46,225 bases of DNA from Actinomycetota bacterium. Its GTDB lineage: Bacteria; Actinomycetota; Actinomycetes; S36-B12; UBA5976. This document shows positions 43,828-46,225 of the stretch, one piece after another. The stretch lies in assembly GCA_046046315.1 (NCBI GenBank), contig JBJOKB010000042.1:1-46225 (forward strand). The letters are read 5' to 3'. The notes below the pieces were generated by a model, which saw only the letters and a program-made list of their open reading frames with translations, was not told the origin of the DNA and searched no databases. Positions within the stretch are counted from its first letter, which is position 1, and every line of letters starts with the position of its first letter. Both the position numbers and the translations under genes were made by a program.

Positions 43828-43875
43828 ACATCCTTAACTAATTAAGTAGTGAACTCTTAATTTATCGTAAACGCG

Positions 43876-44562
43876 CTATTCACGTTCTTTAAGGGCTTCT
43901 TTGGCTGCTGAGGCGTAAATATCTACATATTCTTGCCCAGATAATTCCCTAATGGCTTCCATGATCTCGTTTGTGACCTTTCGTAAAGTCTCAGCATTCC
44001 TTGCATCGCCATAGTGAGCTGAAAAGTCCAAAGGTTTTCCAAAAATAATTCCAACTCGTCCAACTTTAGGAACCATTCGATCTGCAGGTTGTAATTCATA
44101 AGTTCCAATCATCGCAACTGGAACCACTGGAACTTTTGCCTCTAAAGCCATTCGCGCTACACCAGTTCTACCTCTATAAAGTCTGCCATCGGGAGATCTT
44201 GTTCCTTCAGGATAAATTCCTAAAGCGTCTCCTTTATTTAAAATCTCAATTGCAGTTCTCAACGCAGCTTCAGCAGCAGATCCACCTGCTCTATCAATTG
44301 GAACTTGACCTACCCCTGTAAAAAATAGTTTTGAAATAAAACCTTTAATTCCTGAACCACGCCAATAATCGATTTTTGCTAAAAAAGTAATTCGTCTTTT
44401 AACTACAAGTGGTAAAAATATAGAGTCAATAAAAGAATTATGATTTGGAGCAAAAATAACTCCACCGGTTTTTGGGATATTTCTTTTACCTTTAGTCCAA
44501 GGTCTGAACAATAAACGTAATGGAAGCCACAAGAAAACGTATTTCACAACAAAGTAAAACAC
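43876..44562 (-). CDS. plsC: 1-acyl-sn-glycerol-3-phosphate acyltransferase family protein
   Basis: HX4D motif (NHNSFID) and YPEGTRS motif. Syntenic with the mycobacterial acyltransferase next to the GT87 gene. Confidence 0.8.
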   Translation of the reverse strand: MFYFVVKYVFLWLPLRLLFRPWTKGKRNIPKTGGVIFAPNHNSFIDSIFLPLVVKRRITFLAKIDYWRGSGIKGFISKLFFTGVGQVPIDRAGGSAAEAALRTAIEILNKGDALGIYPEGTRSPDGRLYRGRTGVARMALEAKVPVVPVAMIGTYELQPADRMVPKVGRVGIIFGKPLDFSAHYGDARNAETLRKVTNEIMEAIRELSGQEYVDIYASAAKEALKERE

Positions 44563-44635
44563 TTTTGTCTCATTTCTCCTTGATACTTGAGTAGGTCAAT
44601 AGAATACCTTGTTGGAAATTAAATGTTAAATCTCT

Positions 44636-45418
44636 TCACACTTCAAGTACAAATGGACGCTTAGTTGCTCGAAAGTGGCCAACATTTATACATTCTGTTT
44701 TCCCCACTCTGGTTCTACTTGCAAGTGGTTGATGGACATGGCCAAACAGCGAATATTTAGGTTGATACTTATTTATATATTCAAGTAGGGCAATACTTCC
44801 TCTTTCAAATCTTCTAGCAACAACATCAAATGTAATGTCTGCAATTGCTGGTGGAATATGTGAACATAAAACATCAACTGGACCAAGTGCGTCAACATTC
44901 TTTTGAAACTCTTCATCAGTTATTTCGTAGGGAGTCCTATAAGGAGTTTTTAAACCTCCACCAACAAAACCAAATTTGAGTCCCCCAATTTCAGCAACTT
45001 GACCATCTAGAACGGTCATGCCATCTTTTTTAAAATTTGGCCAAAATTCAGGTCGATCAACATTGCCATAAGTAATAAATGTTGGAGTTGGCATAGCTGC
45101 AAATATTTGTTCATATTGTTTTTGAACTTCACGATTAATAAGTTCTTCACGATTTCCTAATTCATCCCACTTTTTCATTGCAACTGCTCTTGCTTCCTCA
45201 AAACGATTTGCAGTTCTAAGTCTAATGAATTCTGTATTTAATTCCGCTCCAAAAAGTGAGCCCATGATCCCATTGCCTGGATCTTCATAATCTGTATAAA
45301 GCAAAAGATCACCCAAACAAATTAGGGCATCAGAATTTTCACCAGCATGTGCCAAAGCATCAATACGGGCGTGAACATCACTAATTACGTTTAAGCGCAC
45401 GACTATTAGATTACGCAC
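44636..45418 (-). CDS. calcineurin-like metallophosphoesterase
   Basis: Ordered motifs ISDVHA, LGDLL, GNVD and GHVH. Confidence 0.7.
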   Translation of the reverse strand: MRNLIVVRLNVISDVHARIDALAHAGENSDALICLGDLLLYTDYEDPGNGIMGSLFGAELNTEFIRLRTANRFEEARAVAMKKWDELGNREELINREVQKQYEQIFAAMPTPTFITYGNVDRPEFWPNFKKDGMTVLDGQVAEIGGLKFGFVGGGLKTPYRTPYEITDEEFQKNVDALGPVDVLCSHIPPAIADITFDVVARRFERGSIALLEYINKYQPKYSLFGHVHQPLASRTRVGKTECINVGHFRATKRPFVLEV

Positions 45419-45456
45419 TTGAGTGAAAATGGCGATTTGCTACTACCCTTTGACTC

Positions 45457-46225
45457 GTGAGATCTATTAATTTGTTTCTTAGAAACATTCCTGCATTGTT
45501 TTTCTCCTGGAGTATTTCTAGGTATGTTCTCTTTTCATTCATCACACTCAAGCTTCCTTATCCAGAAGGTAAATGGTTAAAAGGAGACGTTGATCTTTAT
45601 AACTTTTGGGCTCAAGGATTAGTCAAAGGAATTTTTCCTATTGATGATTCAATGTGGCAGTACCCACCACTTGCTGGAGTTGTGTTTGCAATTCCCCAAT
45701 GGATTATCGGTGATGCTTTAACTGGATTCGTTTTCTTTATGGTTCTGATTGATTTTCTTATACTTTGTGTTTTATTAATTTTTGGGAGAAATAGATTTAA
45801 ATCAAATTCTTTGTCAACAAATGTCAATGGTTTAAGTGGTGCTTGGTTTTGGGTTTTGTGGCCAATGTTAATGGGTCCTCTATTTTTGACCCGATTTGAT
45901 TTAGTACCAACCTTGTTTGCGATTTTAGCTTTAATTGCTTTATCAAACAAAAAATTCCAACCAATTTTGTCTGGGATATTTATTGGTTTGGGAACGATGG
46001 TTAAACTTTGGCCAGTTCTCTTATTATCAATTTATCCAACAAAAATTCTCAGGAAAGTCTCAGTAAGTATTCTTTCAACTTCAATACTAGTAATACTTTT
46101 TATGAGCACCTGGAGCGTTGGTTTTACAAGTTTTTTAAATAATCAAAGTTCAAGAGGACTTCAGGTTGAATCAATAGCAGCATCTCCATTTGTTTTAGCC
46201 AAGGTTTTTGGCGCTGAAGTTCAAT
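45457..46225 (+). CDS. GT87/DUF2029-like polytopic membrane glycosyltransferase, N-terminal part (3' end outside window)
   Basis: Not in the supplied ORF track because it has no stop. Frame 1 is open from the TGA at 45451-53 to the window end, with a GTG start at 45457. Translation is MRSINLFLRN...GDVDLYNFWAQ...WQYPPLAG followed by multiple TM helices. Comparable to the mycobacterial GT87 mannosyltransferase next to plsC. Confidence 0.6.
   Translation, partial: MRSINLFLRNIPALFFSWSISRYVLFSFITLKLPYPEGKWLKGDVDLYNFWAQGLVKGIFPIDDSMWQYPPLAGVVFAIPQWIIGDALTGFVFFMVLIDFLILCVLLIFGRNRFKSNSLSTNVNGLSGAWFWVLWPMLMGPLFLTRFDLVPTLFAILALIALSNKKFQPILSGIFIGLGTMVKLWPVLLLSIYPTKILRKVSVSILSTSILVILFMSTWSVGFTSFLNNQSSRGLQVESIAASPFVLAKVFGAEVQ

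Noticed and set aside
43876-44562. PlsC-like acyltransferase as a carotenoid-glycoside acyltransferase (CruD-like) linked to the crt locus
   Set aside because: It is 4 kb away from the crt genes, separated from them by unrelated housekeeping genes. It occupies the conserved actinobacterial plsC slot next to the GT87 gene, so an ordinary lysophosphatidate acyltransferase is the simpler reading.
45419-45456. The short divergent promoter region shares AAATGGCGATT and TTTGACTC with the dnaE2 leader (32929-32939, 32852-32859), hinting at a common regulator site
   Set aside because: There are only two occurrences. An 11-mer match between about 1.5 kb of total intergenic DNA is close to chance expectation by rough estimate, and no palindromic or phased arrangement is present at 45419-45456. 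It is worth a genome-wide motif count but is not supportable from this window.
45612-45950. 112-aa minus-strand ORF in the supplied track
   Set aside because: It lies entirely antisense to a much better plus-strand reading frame (45457 to the window end). That frame encodes a GT87/DUF2029-like membrane protein with recognisable motifs (GDVDLY, WQYPPLAG), whereas the minus ORF has no motifs and a lysine/asparagine-rich low-complexity composition.

Overview
This is a visibly AT-rich, tightly packed actinobacterial chromosome segment. The gene order matches the conserved actinobacterial dcw neighbourhood, including the Mycobacterium-like run idsA, aroG, GT87 mannosyltransferase and plsC. Low GC, very short or overlapping intergenic spaces and a carotenoid operon suggest a streamlined freshwater lineage such as acI/Nanopelagicales or a Luna-type group; that placement is inference only. 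In order, the window holds: the 3' end of ileS; divIVA-yggT-sepF-yggS-pgeF-ftsZ (minus strand); an opposite-strand block pntAA-pntAB-pntB, two Fe-S PD-(D/E)XK nuclease genes and gabD, which splits ftsZ from ftsQ; ftsQ-murC-murG-ftsW-murD-mraY-murF-murE-ftsI-ftsL-rsmH-mraZ; a phosphatidylcholine-synthase-like gene; DUF3040; a translationally coupled dnaE2-dinB pair behind a damage-type promoter and a long structured leader; a ybaK-like gene; a carotenoid operon (CruF-like, GT2-like, crtE, crtI, crtB) with a convergent split lycopene cyclase; then an Rpf-like protein, ogt, a LytR_C protein, class II DAHP synthase, PFK, plsC, a metallophosphoesterase and the 5' part of a GT87-like membrane glycosyltransferase. 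I saw no rRNA, tRNA, CRISPR array, transposase or integrase. The best candidates for an undescribed system are two. (1) A helicase-less operon of two genes carrying three Cas4/AddB-like Fe-S nuclease modules (8801-11583), whose second protein ends in an SSB-like acidic ...EEIPF tail. (2) A dnaE2-dinB cassette with no imuA/imuB in the window, with a PafBC/RecA-NDp-like promoter, a LexA box and a roughly 235-nt hairpin-rich leader. All family assignments come from motifs read by eye; no database search was run.
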